From Girardia tigrina (taxonomy: Eukaryota): a stretch of DNA of 53,033 bases. The position numbers were made by a program, and so were the translations under genes. This document shows, one piece after another, positions 1 through 14,400 of this stretch. The notes beneath the pieces were generated by a model. The model was not told the DNA's origin, ran no database searches, and was given only the letters and a program-made list of their open reading frames with translations. Every line of letters starts with the position of its first letter. Positions within the stretch are counted from its first letter, which is position 1. The stretch is from the NCBI GenBank assembly GCA_001938485.1, contig MQRK01239354.1:1-53033 (forward strand). Reading direction: 5' to 3'.

Positions 1-249
1 ATATATATATATATATATATACCTTTCCTCAAAAGACAGTCAAATTCAAATTGAGAACATTAATCTTGAATGACATTCTAGGATAATTTTATTTCTGTGA
101 TTCGTCTATTGCTTGCGCTTGTAGATATATAAATATAAAAATAATAATATGATTAAAGGAAATTTAAAATTAAAAAAGATTAAATAAAAAGAATTAAAAG
201 TAATTATTTATTATATTTTAAATATAAGTTTAATCTTTTAAGAACTACT

Positions 250-2340
250 CCAAGCTCTACGAAATTTTTGTCTTAAATCCTCTTTCTTTCTCAACCACTT
301 TTCATCTTCTATAGTCGACTTCGACTTGCAAAACTCTCGCATCGCTAAGGAACTTGCATCACACACTAACCGATACTCCATGTACCTCTACACGGATTAC
401 TCTTTTCAACTCTTTGAAGAGCCTCTTTAATATTACCAATTATAGATTTATCGATCAGTTTATCTCAATCCTCGGTAGTTATTCTTCTAAGGTACGACCA
501 AATTGGCCTTAACCGCGACGTGACATAAATCCGGATAAATCTTTAACTCATATTCGATTGACTCACCTCCACGTAATTTTTTCGATGATGTTACCAACAT
601 CTACTCCAAAAACTCTTACATTTTCGTGGTTGTTTACATTCCAATCGTAGTCTCACGAACAACTGTATTACCTCCTTGGCATCAAATCTAGATTTGTCGA
701 CAAATATCTCATCAATATAGGATCCTGTAGTAGCGTCCTTGAAACTAATGGCAATACCAATCCTACAATATCTGCCATGATTATGGGGCCTTTTTAAGTT
801 CAAATCTCATGTAAGTAAAAGCAAATTATTTAACATTAATCATGTATGATTGAACCAACCGTAGAGAGGGATCGACGCTCATTGGCATGTACATACTTGA
901 TAAATCTACTATTCAATTTAATTTTACCTTTTCTTCTTCACTCATTTAATTTTTCCGTGCACCAATTTGATGTACACAAAAAATACTAGTAAAAATCTCG
1001 AAAATTAAATATCGGTCTAATTGTTTCTTTCTTTACTTGCACTATATTATATATCGGAATCGATTTCATCGACTTAAGTATTTTTTGTTGGTTTTATTCT
1101 ACCAACCACATTTTATGATCCATTCATCCAAATATTAGTAATAGTTTATTTTGTGATTTTGAATCATTCAAACGTGTTTATCTATTTGTTAAAAAATTGA
1201 ATCATATAATTATGTTTTTCTATGTACACATAATCTTTACTGGTCTTAATCAAATTTCTATTCATACCAGAACTACAAACATTCAAAAGTTCTGACGTCA
1301 CACCCAATTTAACGTGTTCATTATTAAATGTCATAACTCGTAGCTTTCAATCACATCCACTTCTAGAAGTAAATCCAAAACTTCAGACAAAGCTTTCAAG
1401 ACCATACAATCCAGTTTTATCTGTTTAGCTTTACAGTATGGATCATTCTCTCAAGATTCCGTTTTTACCTCTAACCTATTGGACAGTTTAAATTTGTAGT
1501 TACTTTCTCCAAGAGAAAATAGACTCTTCTAATTTGCTTCGTCCGACAACCGATTGAGCGCATACCGTGTCCACGAAACCACTACTATATTCCCTATTTA
1601 CTATAGACTGCACCACAAGAAGGTCTTACCCATTTGTTAAACCCATTTAAAATGCTGCTATCGCTGAAGATTTTTCTCTTAAAGTTCGTGCAAGGAAAAG
1701 AACCTGGTGATGTGTCCTTTTTAAAACATTTGAAACATACAAAATTCCTTAGGTTCTTTCACATTGTTTTTATCTTTAGACTTTTGAAGCTTTTTATAGA
1801 TATTAACATTATTGTAATACTACAACAGCGTCCTCTTAAGATGATATGTCGTTTGTGATCACTTAAACTCACAATCGATATTCCATCTGCACTTTTGTTC
1901 ATCTTGATATACGAGATACTGATTTAAATCATTTCTTTCACACTTCGGACACTTCTTCTTTCGATTTTTAAGTAAGATAAATATTCTGAACTTTCTTATC
2001 TAATTTTGAAACTACAGTAGCGTATTTATCGATTGTATTGAAATTGTATAATTTTAAATCCTTTAGTTTACGATGCTCTTAACGAAATCTCACACCGTAA
2101 GCACCATCTGAAGCTGGAAATACTTAATTCTTTGTTTTTTCAAAGTTCATTGTGAATACTGAGAGCCGTTCCATTTTAGCACAAATGGAAATGACATAAA
2201 TACATCCTTCACCTGCTGAAGTATTGCATTCATTTCGAATTATTTTCACCATTACTCCTATAAATTATTTTTATTAAATATTTCTAGACACTTAAATATT
2301 AGTTTTATGCTTTACGTGCACGGAGAGCTTGTACTATCAG
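250..2340 (-). mobile_element. Degenerate Gypsy-like LTR retrotransposon gag-pol remnant
   Basis: Minus-strand reading gives a zinc-knuckle remnant (CFKCFKK.HITRF, ~1700-1745), a protease-like GFVDTVCAQSVV (~1545-1590) and an RT core GSYIDEIFV (~700-725). Many stops and frameshifts; boundaries approximate. Confidence 0.7.
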
Positions 2341-2667
2341 AAAAAATTAATTTAATTAAATTTTATTTCAAATATAAAAAATAATGAATCATTTGAAACA
2401 AATATTCTTTAATAGAAATATTTTAAAACATTTCAACATAAAGTAATCGAATTTTGAAAGATTTTACCGTAAAAATGTACGAAAAATGTAACGAATTTTG
2501 TTTAATATTGTTTTACATCTTTTGTTACTAATAAATCCAATAATTATTCATGAATAGCAATAATTCTACCAAATACGTTTTTACAAAAAAAATACAAAAA
2601 TAGATATATTCAATTTAATGAAACATAAGAGAAGTTATGAATTTAAAAAAAAGTGTCGAAGATCTGT

Positions 2668-3056
2668 TCAGATCGCAGCTCTGTGGTATCGATGTGAAGA
2701 ATTTCTTTTGCACACGCAACATATTACAACAGTAATAGTCAACACTAGTAAAACAACCATAATTGTTATAATAATAATACTGAGAACGGTTAATTCATAG
2801 CAACATTTGCTTGTTAAATTACTTTCCAAACAGCACTTTGGAGTTATGAATTTTTCAATAACTGAATTAAAATCATTACAATAAAAAATTATTAAAATAT
2901 AATATTACGTTTATTATCCAAATTACAATTTGTTTTTCCACATGACTCGGATATACCTTCTTTAACATATTTTTCTGCAATCTTTCCTGCAATATCTAGT
3001 AGAGAATGAATAGAACCAAATATGAGTGCTAAGAGAACGAGAGCACTTTTCAACAT
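2668..3056 (-). CDS. Small single-pass membrane protein with six-Cys ectodomain (Shisa-like/WBP1-VOPP1-TMEM92 type), 113 aa, exons 3056-2909 and 2861-2668
   Basis: ATG at 3056, a 47-nt GT..CAG intron (2908-2862) that joins in frame, and TGA at 2670-2668. Protein: MLKSALVLLALIFGSIHS (signal peptide) ...CGKTNC..KCCLESNLTSKCCYE, TM (LTVLSIIIITIMVVLLVLTITVVI), CCVC, KRNSSHRYHRAAI. Confidence 0.8.
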
Positions 3057-5323
3057 TTGAATATATTGCTGAAAAATAATAAACTTTACGTTAATCAAGA
3101 TATACCATACGTAAATATGATACGTTTGTACGTTAAGTTGCTGCAAATATTACGTATTTATGATATAAAAACAAATATAGCACATCTGTAATGTGAGAGG
3201 CTGTAGTGAGACTCCAATTTGATAAGCGTGTTGGCGGTTTAACTAAGTATATAAAACTAATTTTTTATTTACACAACATTTTAGTTTTAAAAATTTAAAT
3301 AAGCACACTACTTTTAAATGTTCTTAGTATATTTCTAGAGTAGAAAATTAAAGTGTTGAGGAATTTACATTGAGTTATTATTTATTTTATTATAATTTTG
3401 TCAAAAGTTACATTAATCACTCCCTTAAATAACAATTTTTATATAAAAACTACAAAAGTAATATTGGAAGGATTTAGAAAACTGAATAAATAATCTAAAT
3501 ATTAATATTATTTAGAAAAAAATACATATAAGTAAAATGCAGAATTATTCAAATTGAAAAACTACAAGACGTTTTGGAGAACGCAAAAATGATTTTTATC
3601 AATTTTTTAATATAGTGCTACATGGTAAACAATTTGCTATTTTCGGCCGTAGAGAAATACCATTTTCTAAAAGATGAAACAACTGTTTAATCCTAACCAA
3701 ATTATATAAAAACTACTTACTTTATTGCGTAATTTAACATTATGAACAGTAATTTTAACTTTACATGTAATTTAAGATGAGTAAGCTAATAAGGGTGCTT
3801 TTCCAACCTAACGGACGTCATATTTTTAGCGTGTTGCTGTTCTACGTTTACGAAATACTTCACTTTTTCAGATAACGGACATTCATATTGCATCCATCAA
3901 AAGGTTTTTTGAGTGAAAGTATTTGATTTCAAAGATACCATAGACTAGGTAAATTTTGTACAACTGACGTAATGCTTTCCAAAACCAACATTTTCGTGAG
4001 ATCTTCAAGGACTGAGAGGACTAAGATGTTTTGTACCAAGTTTTTATTTATTGGTTATTTCATGGTGAGTCGATGACAAGAAATCTTAACATTTTATTCT
4101 ACATAAATACGCTGTGTTCTTAAAACATTATGAAATTTTTGGTACTCTGGACATTATTGGTCAAAATACTATTTTAATTGATTTTTTTAATTTCACTAAA
4201 ATAACAGATCTATTTTGTTTTTAAGGAAATGTTCTTCGTGTCACTCAAGTTTAGCACAAGATTCATGACGTTATTGAACTAATGAGATTATATTTCAACA
4301 ATATTAATAAACATCTAATAATAATGTTAGTAATAATAATTTTATTATTAATTATATAAATTATATATATTAATTATATAATTATATAAATAATAATAAA
4401 GATAATAATAGAAAACTTTTTAAAAAGTTAAGAATACCGTTTAAATGTTTTGAGTTCTTTTGGATTACGAGGTCTAATTAATGCAAACTTTCATTAATTT
4501 TCCTGTCAAAATAACTAAAAATGCTTACTCAGAATTTGGAATTATTGATATTCATGTTACACTCATTCTTTTTGTTATGTTCAGCAATATTACTTATAAT
4601 CTAACTTGTCTCTTTGGACTTATTTGTAGAAGTTTAAAGTAAACTATTTTATTTATCCATTACATACATTTTGATAAACAATGGCCGAACATAAGTTGAG
4701 AGTTTTCGATTAATTTGAATTAAATTAGAAAAAAAATAATTTTTCATAATAACTTAGTATTTTCTGTATCTCAAATTCACCTCAATCTTCCACAATAATA
4801 AATTTCTTTAATAAATAATCGTTGACAAATAACAGAATACTCAAGAAATAGGACATTAAAATTATATTGTTTAAGTTCAATGAAAGTTTGCATGACAAAT
4901 TTTCTACAATTAATACGAAGGAATATGATTTTTATAACCTATAATTATAGTTGAAATTATAAGTAATTCTAATTTTTCTCTTTATAGAAACATAAAGAAA
5001 AATATTTAGAAAGCACATCATTTACATAAGTTAAATTATGAATACGTATCATGAAAAATGAACCACGGTTTTTCAAAACCTGTTCTGTATGGACTCATTC
5101 AAATAGTGACATTGTTTGATATTTCTTGTTGACGATTTGAATATTGATTGGTTAATTTTTGTTAGTGCTACTCTATACATTGACATATCGATTTACATTA
5201 CTTTTCTGAAAAACACAGTAGTTACCATTTTTTTCAAAAATATTTAAAAAAACGTTAAAGTGACTAGATATAAATAATTATTAAATTTGGAAATATTGCG
5301 ACAATTTCTGTACTATTTTCAAA

Positions 5324-5421
5324 ATGGTAGACGAACCAATTGAAGTTAAAACGCTAGATCCGGATTTTGAAGTAATTGAGTTTGAAGATATAATGTGCAG
5401 TTTTCCACATGAAGATAAATG
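5324..5421 (+). CDS. PICK1: PICK1 exon 1 (acidic N-terminus MVDEPIEV...HEDK)
   Basis: ATG at 5324, open frame to EDK, then a 46-nt intron 5422-5467 (GT..CAG). Confidence 0.85.
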
Positions 5422-8400
5422 GTTTTTTTTCAACTTTTAAATTAAATAATACAATTAAATAATACAGTGGAATGAGAGTAACCAGTGGATCGGTAAAACT
5501 TACTAAGGATAAAAACAGTCTAATTGGAATAAGTATCGGGGGAGGAATTCCATACTGTCCTTGTATTTATATTGTACAGATTTTCGATAACACAGTTGCT
5601 GCAAAAGAAGGAACTCTTGAAGCTGGTGATGAAATTACTGCAATCAACAGAAAATCAGTAAAGGGAATTAGTCGAGCAGAAGTTGCTAAATGGATTCAAA
5701 AATCCGAGGTGAATTCGAATTTTTATTTTTAAAACTATTTTTAAAATATTACTATTTAACTATATTAACTATTACTATATTACTGCTTTTCATTCCTTTA
5801 CTAGTTTTTAATAGTTCAGTATGACAATATTGTCCTAAAGTTAAACAATAAATAAATAGTAATAACTTTAATAATTTAATTAAATCATGTATGAAAATAT
5901 GATATTAATGACATGTTTCGATCTTTTCCTAAATAACAAAATTAATCAAAATCTTTGTGGTTAATAATAACATTTTTAACATTTAATAAAAGATTTGAAA
6001 CATTGAGGTTGTCCATTTTGAATGTTAATTATTGGCTTGTCTTATCAATAGTGTTTCATATGACTACTTCTCGAAATGTTAATCAAAAACTGTTTATAGA
6101 ACAGAAAACTCATACTTTGAAATCCTTGAGATTCTACTCGTTCAACACAACCAAGTCAAGAACATCATTTAATCCGGGGTTTAAGAAAACGATTTATTTC
6201 TAAAATGTTGCGAGAATAACTAATAATAAGACTATGAAACTCATTAGTTAACATTACAAAACGGACAAACTAAAGCTTCTTCAATACTGAAAATCTTTCA
6301 ATAAAAATTAAAAAATGATTTTGATAACTAAAGAAAGGTTTTCAATGAGCAAAAATATGTTATCAAATTACTCCTCACCTATCTGTTACTATCACAACTA
6401 ATAATCCTGAAACATTTTAGATTGGAAAAAATCCAAAATTAACTTTTAATTCGTATTTCTCTTCAAATAATACTTTGTTTATCTGATCATGTCAGTAAAT
6501 TTTAGTGACAAGGATTGTATTTGGAATCGCTTAAAGTATTATTTTGTTCATTTCCTCTTTAACTATTAAAAGTCAGTTATTACTAACATTCAATATGATT
6601 AAATAATATAACATCAATAATATCTAAGATTCTAGTTAAATATTTTCATTTTAGAGGCAGATTTGTATTGCCCATTTTGACTAATAATTATTAGTGACAT
6701 TTATGTGAATTACTAATGATAATTATAATTATCAATAGTAATTCACATAAATGTCACTGAAAATGTAAATCATAAGCCTTGGAAAAAAACTCATTTTTTG
6801 AAATCGATGAGGTTTTACTCGTGCAACAAAATCAGAGGTCGAGAGTCTTATTCGATGAACTAGATTGTAAATATTCACATAATTCAGGGTTTGAAATATA
6901 AATTTTTCTCTCATATTCAAGTTTTTAAAATTTCGAAAAGAACTACTGCTTTATTTATTCTACGAAAAGAATGTCACCTTCTTCATATTTTTTTCTGTCT
7001 TCGGTAGTAATTATGATTAAATTAATTTACCACATGATCTTAAAACCTCCACACTGTTTTTGATTTATTGGAGAGAATACCATACCCTTTATATGTTATT
7101 GCAAACATCTCAACACAACTAAATTATTTATAAACACTTTTTTTAAAGTTTTAAAACTTTCAGAATATATAGTATTGTTATTATTTGTTAGTTCTCTTTA
7201 ATATTTTCTTCATTTAATCCTTTCAATCTGTTTTTGTGAACATAATTTGTCCAACTTTATTTCACTACTGTTACTCTATTTGTTTGTCCTTGTTCATCTT
7301 GTCACTCATGACAAAGGACTAAGTTTTCTGAATTTTGAATATGTTTTTTGATTTTGATGTCACACATCAAGTTTTAACTATTTCCAGAGAGTGTTAAGCT
7401 CTTACTGATAAGTTAAGAAAACATAACCTTTTGATCTAATTTTCAAAAAATATTTTAAAAAAATAATAAAATGTGTCTTGTTTTGAACAGAATTTCTGAA
7501 TCTTATAAATGAGGGTTTTCAAAGAAAATCCTCAGAAAATACTCAGTTTAAGGAGTCTTATTAAAAAAGTGTCACTCACAATGTGCTTGAGGACATCAAA
7601 GAGGCGATTAGACTTCCATTTACTCAGATAATATTCAAATCTAACTATTAAGAACGCCAACATGGGCTTTCGAACTTTTATTTTCAATACAATTAGTATT
7701 GTCTTTTGGACAACTCTCAGCAAAGCTTTCGTAATTCGACATCGTCCTAAATTGATAAATTTTAGTTAATGTTTTTAATAAACAATTATTGGAACAAATT
7801 TTTCATTATTTTCAGATTTTATTTTTAAAGTTCAAATTTTGTAATTTTAGTAATAATATTTTCTACATATTAATTTTATTTAAAAAATGGTTTTATGTAA
7901 AGAAAGAACATTTATTTAATCTAAAACTTAGTTAAAAGTTATTTACTTTATTTAAATTTTTAATATGAAGATTTGAAACAATTTAATATTTTTAAAGTTT
8001 TTTAAATATCTTATGCTGTACTTTAAAATGCAAATTTTACTCGAAGAATTATTTATCGTGAACATCCAAAATATCAATTTTCCATCTGGGTGGGAGAAAC
8101 ACATTTCCAAATACTAAACTCAACACACAAAATTCAACAAACCAATTTCGACATACCAAATTTAAAATATTCCTCACACTAACAGCTACTGGTTACTGGA
8201 TATTAGTGTAAGAAAGTTAAAGCAGTAGGCCATGAATTTAATCTTCAAAAGGATATATGCTGGTTTTTCAGTCGCAAACATTCCTGACCTGATTCGACTT
8301 CATTTCATGAAGAAACATGTAACCAAGGGCGAAGAAAGTAATGGAAAGAGAATCTCACTATGAAAAAATGTCACATTCAAAATTTATCTATTTTCTTTTT

Positions 8401-11400
8401 ATCTTCTATATTTTTATATAAAATTCAAAAAAAGGAAAATTAAATCTCAAACTATATTTCAATCGGGGAATAAAAAAGAGTAAAACAGGTATTCATTATC
8501 ATTTCATGAAACAGAAAAAAATCTATTGTCATTTTTAACGACATATTCATGTAAAACAGAACTTCAAGCTGTTGTGTTTTTCAAAACAAAATGTCGTAAT
8601 TGGCGCGCGATTGAACGCAATTTAGGTGTTTCTTTCTGATTTATTGAAATAAAATAATTTAAGCATCATACTTTTGAAGAACACAAATTCTGTAATAATA
8701 TTTATTTAATACGATAATGATCGGAATTTAATAACCGAACAACAATTAAACAATTTTTGCCTTTTATATTGAGACTTTGATTATGTCAATTTGGCATTAT
8801 ATGCACTGGGTCAGTTGATGATATCGAATATGACATTGCAATAGCTTATTCAGATGAAGTAATGACATGTAAAATCGCCGGAATTCGAACTCATGAGAAT
8901 TTGAAGTCATGGACGGGATATCATCATAGTACGATATAAGGCAATATGATGAGTTATGACGTCAGCACCAGGCGCGTACGCAGGGGGCGGATTAGGGGGA
9001 TAATTCCGTTCCCGAAAAAAATTGAATTACAATCTTTATTAACCCTAGGTTTTTAACAGCATATTGATAAGAATAATTTAAAATTTTGAAGTTTAAAATG
9101 TGAACTTTCCAAAATTTTAGGAAAAGTTTTTAAAAATTTAAGAAAATCCACCCCGAAAAATTTAAGTTGTGATGACTTTAAGTTTTGCAGAACATAGAAA
9201 ATTTTCTTCTTCAAAACATAAAACATGCTGCAGATAAAAAAATCCTCCTATCGATAGAAGCCAGTAATGAACTATGGCCAAGTGATATTAGTTACATTAG
9301 TGGTATTTCGATGTTATTATGTATTTTATTATTTTAACCCTTTGACTACCGGAGACCCGTATGGGTTTACGGTTTATAACTATTGAACGAAGAGGAATTT
9401 TTTAATGCGGTTTTTTTCTAAATATTACTATTAACTTTTCAAAATCCTTTGATGCTGTGGAAAGGCCGTTTATCATTCAAGCAATACATACCATCAAAAA
9501 GAAGTAGATTTGGTATAAAGTTATTTGAATTAGTCGACTGTTACTCGAAAGCAATATTAGATTTCATTATCTACAACGGCTCCGAAACTGACATTAATTA
9601 TTTACAGAATCACGGCGTTAGCGGATCTATCGTCATGTCTTTGCTACAACCTTATCTGAACAAAGGACATGTTTTGTATTGTGATAACTGGTACTCTAGT
9701 CCAACTCTATTCAATTTATTGCATCAGAACAAAACTGGAGCATGTGAAACAGTGAGAAAAAATTGTAAAGGATTGCTAAAATTCACTGGAAAATAGCGAA
9801 AAGGAGATGTTCAATGGTTTTTGTCTTCAGCTCTTCTAGCAATGAAATGGAAAGACAAGCGAGATGTCTACATGTTATCGACTGTAAATAGTACAAATCT
9901 CTTGAACAGTGGAAAAATTGATAGATCAAACGGAACAGAAATTATGAAGCCCGCTCTAGTCATGGAATATTCGCAAAAAATGGGAGCTATTGATGAAACT
10001 GACATGCAGATATCATTCTCTGCTTCAATTAGGAAAACTTTGAAGTGGTATAAAAAGTTATTCTTTCATATGATGGATATGGTGATATTCAATTCATATA
10101 TAGCATACAGAATGAAGCAGAATGCTAAAGACTTACAGCTTGCTCAGTTCAAATTGCTTTTGGTTAGAGAAATACTTCAGAGATATGGTCCTTCAGAGAG
10201 AAATAGAGTTGGTAGACCTTCTAATGCTCCTACACCTTTGAGATTAGTTGCTCGTCACTTTCCTGACAATGTTCCACAAGATCCAAAGAGTAGAGAACGA
10301 AGTAGAAGAAATTTTATTGTTTGTAGTGCGAAACAAATTCAACAACAAAGTTATTTCATGTGCCTTGACTGTAATATGCCATTATGCGTACCAAATTGTT
10401 TCCGAATTTACCACACTAAGCTTCATTTTTATGTAGATGAGTGATAAAAACCAATTCTAATCAGTCAAATATAATAATACTGCAATATTCATTGAAAACT
10501 CTTGTTTGTAGCTCAACAAACTCATTTTTGTAACTATTATGTAATAAATATTTCTATGTCTTTTTAAAATTTTTTCATGCTTAATTACCTTTGTTACGTC
10601 TAAAACTTCAATAAAATTACCATATCTCCAAAAAAAAATTTGGTAGTCAACGGGTTAATAATTAATTATTAATTTTTTTAACTTTAAAAATAAAAACTCG
10701 AATACGAAAACAAATATTGCATAATAATATATCCCCTCGAAACATTTTTCTACGTATACGCCTGGTTATCACAATTTTTTGTTGTCCTAATTATTTAAAA
10801 TTTGTCTACTCCTCAATGTGAGATACACGACATTATTTAACCATGGACATTTATTCGTTTTATACATTTTTTATTTTATTATATAGTGAACAATTCATCG
10901 TTGATTTTTCTTTTTTAGAACGAGGTTACTATAAATTATAACAAATTACATGTGGATAACAATAGCGGCCGTTCAGTTGATATGGGTAAGTTATTTTTAT
11001 ATAATAGTTAAATCGAGTAAAAATCAATTGAAAAAATTCAAGAGAAATAAAAATGAACATTTTTTGCTAGAACTAAATAAATAATCAAATAATTTGCTTG
11101 GGCATTACAAAATACCAGTTTTATTTGTTTACATAAGCTTTATTAAGAACATTAGCAGTATTAACAAACCTGTTGAAATTGTCTTAATGGAAAATTCAAA
11201 ACAAGACTAATCTATAACAATCATACTAAATTGATAATATAATAATGTCTTCGAAACTTCTAATTATTCGAACAAATATTCATTTCATTAATATCAATAA
11301 ACATTAAATATTAAGGGTGTGAGGGCGATTTAAAAGAAGTGAAAAATTTTGAAGTCAGAATTATTAATTATCAGGATAAGAATGATCATCAAAATTGAAA

Positions 11401-14400
11401 TTCAAAATTTATAAATTATAGAGTAATAATTGAATTTAATGTTAAACGTTAAATTATTCAAGATTAAAGTTAAGTTTATTTAATTTAAGTTAATATAAAG
11501 TATAAGATACTTTAAAATTATAGTACAGTCAAAGTTCGGTTTAACGAAAATCAATTTACACGGATTTTGGTCTTTCGTAAAAAAAAATAACGAAAATTCA
11601 GAAATTTATTGAATTTTTTTATTAAAATAATCCGTGATTTTCATACCTTTTNTTTTTTTTGTTTTCATAATATCTTCTTTAACTTTTCCAAGATTAATAA
11701 AATCGGTACAACTGTTTTGCAGCATATAAGCTTCCACTAAATTAATATATGAGATCACCTCATTATAACTAACTAGTTTTTCTTTCTCTTCCTCTTCCTC
11801 TGAGACTTTTTCTTCGGTTGGTAGTATTTCATCTATACAAATTTCTTCACTGTTTAAATCATCATGTTCGATGTATTCATTGCAAGTTGGAAAGTCAACA
11901 TCAAGTTGATTTTCTTGAGTATCTTCAATATCATCATCTATTATGTCAACTGTATTTTTTGACCAATTGTTAAATGCTTTATTAAAACAGTTTGTGATTG
12001 TCTCGGCACTCATACAATTCCATGCTTCAATAATCAACGATAAAATATCTTTAAGTTTTGTGTTTTTAAGCAAATTTGCATAGCATGTACCATCTTTTTC
12101 ATCATTCAATGTTAAATTTCGCATGAAAAACTTACGATAGTTGGCCTTCAAAGATCGAATTATACCTTGAATCTGTGAGGTGGTTATTGGTGGCAAAAAG
12201 TATAGTTGAACATTAGAGAAAGTACTATTGATATTATGAACTGGTGCATTGTCCAGTATTAATAAAATTTTCCTATTTTCTTTTTGCATTCTGTCATTAA
12301 GTTGATTCATCCAGTTAAAGAAAATAGTGCTTGTCATCCAAGCCTTTTTGCTGTTTTTATAATCCAACCCAAGGTCATTCAAATTCAAGTGTTTAAACCC
12401 GTGTGGTCTCTGTGCCTTTCCAATTAGTAATGATATTTCTTTTTGACCAGATAAATTTGCACAAAAAAGCAAAGTTATGCGGTCTTTGGCAAATTTACCA
12501 TGCCCTGTCGTCTTTTGATAAAACAAGTGTTTTTTTGGACGGGCATTTAAAAAACAAAGATGTCTCGTCACAATTGTATATGTTCTTTGATTCGAATTCT
12601 GCTTTCATGTGTTCAAAATCACTCCAACTGTTCTTTAAGTCATCCACTTTGACCAATCCTGCTTCTCCTCAAACGGTTTTATTGATTATTAGAAAGTGCT
12701 GTTTAAATTTTCTCAGCCATGTATTTGATGCTTTAAATGATTGAAAATTATAAGCATTGGCGATTGACAGTGCTTTTTCGGTCAATAAATCATNNNNNNN
12801 NNNNNNNNNNNNNNNNNNNNNNNNNNNNNNNNNNNNNAATAATACATTGAATAATTTTTGGTTAATTTCTTTTGTTTGTGTAATATTTTTTGCATTTCTT
12901 TTGTTTTCACATATTTTCCGTAGATCTTTCTCTTTTTTTAATATTGAATTGATTGTTCCAAGAGAAATATTAATTTTTTTTGTCATTTCAAGTTGTGTAA
13001 CATCGGGATTCAGTAACTTGTAATCTAGAATTTTAATTTTTTCATCAATACTTACATGTCTTCTTGTTTGCTTTTGATTATTCACTCGGCTAGTCATGGG
13101 TTTTAGTCTTTCGTTAAAAAAATTTGGTTAAACTGTATATTAAAACAAAATTTCATGGACCTTTAAAATTATATTTTCGTAATATAGTTTTTTTCGTTAA
13201 TTAAAATTTCGTAAAATAAAACTTTGAATGTATAATAAATTATAAGTATTTATAATATTAAATGGGTTTACAACTGATATCCTCATGAGAAAGTATTTAT
13301 GAATTTATAGACTTATTTTATGTATCAATAATGAAACAAACAATTTTAATTATTAATACAAAATGTTTGTTTAAATGTTCACAAATTTGAAGACTTGAAT
13401 TTTGAATAATTGATTGTGTACAAAAATTTTGATAAAAAAATATATTTTTCAAATGGAAGTGAATTTTTGATGATTGAAGAACCTAAGAAGAGGCACCAAA
13501 ATGTAATCAAACTTTTTAAGTAACTAAGTCAACTTAAGCTGCCAAATATATAATATTAGTTCTTTGCGAGATCATGACTGGGTCGTTGCCGAACAACACA
13601 AACTTATTCCATCAGTATATACCGGAATCATAATCAAGGAAAACGGATATGGATCTCAGGATACAGCTACATATTCCGCACCACCGTTTACTACTATTTG
13701 ACCAAGAAAACACTCATCTTCGACGGCAAAAACTCATGTTAAGGACTTTAAGCTCCTGGTGAAACTTAAAGAGTTCAAATGAATCACAAAAACTTCAGAA
13801 AATATCTCAAACCCGATTTTCTTTTACTTTCTGATGGGGGACCCGATGAAAATCCTTGTTATCCTAAGACCATAAGAAGTGTAATTAATCATTTTATCGA
13901 TTTCGATTTAGACGCTTTTTTCATCGCCACAAACACTCCAGGAATAAGTGTATTTAACATTGTCGATAGAAGAATAACTGCATTAAGCCAAGAACGGAGT
14001 CGTCATACTTCCACATGATCATGTTGGGGTTATGTAAATATTATTGATTTATTGCGTGAATTTTATTATTTATGCTTTTGTTTTTATTATTTATATTTGG
14101 TTTGTGAATTTTCAATTTTATTATTTATGTTTTTTTTGTAAATTTTATTATTTATATTTGTTATTTATAATTTTATTTAAAATAAATTTAAATTTTATAT
14201 ATGTTATTTATTTATAATCTTATTTAAATATAATTAAACTTATTATTATATTTCGTTACGCACTATGCGCTCTTGTCACGCATAGTGCGTCCTTTTGTGG
14301 TGGCCGCGCGTCTTCATTTTTGCGGTGGTCGAACGTCTTATTAGTGTCCAACGCGTTCTTATTTTATTTTTGCGACGCGTTCTTATTTTGTGACTAAGCC

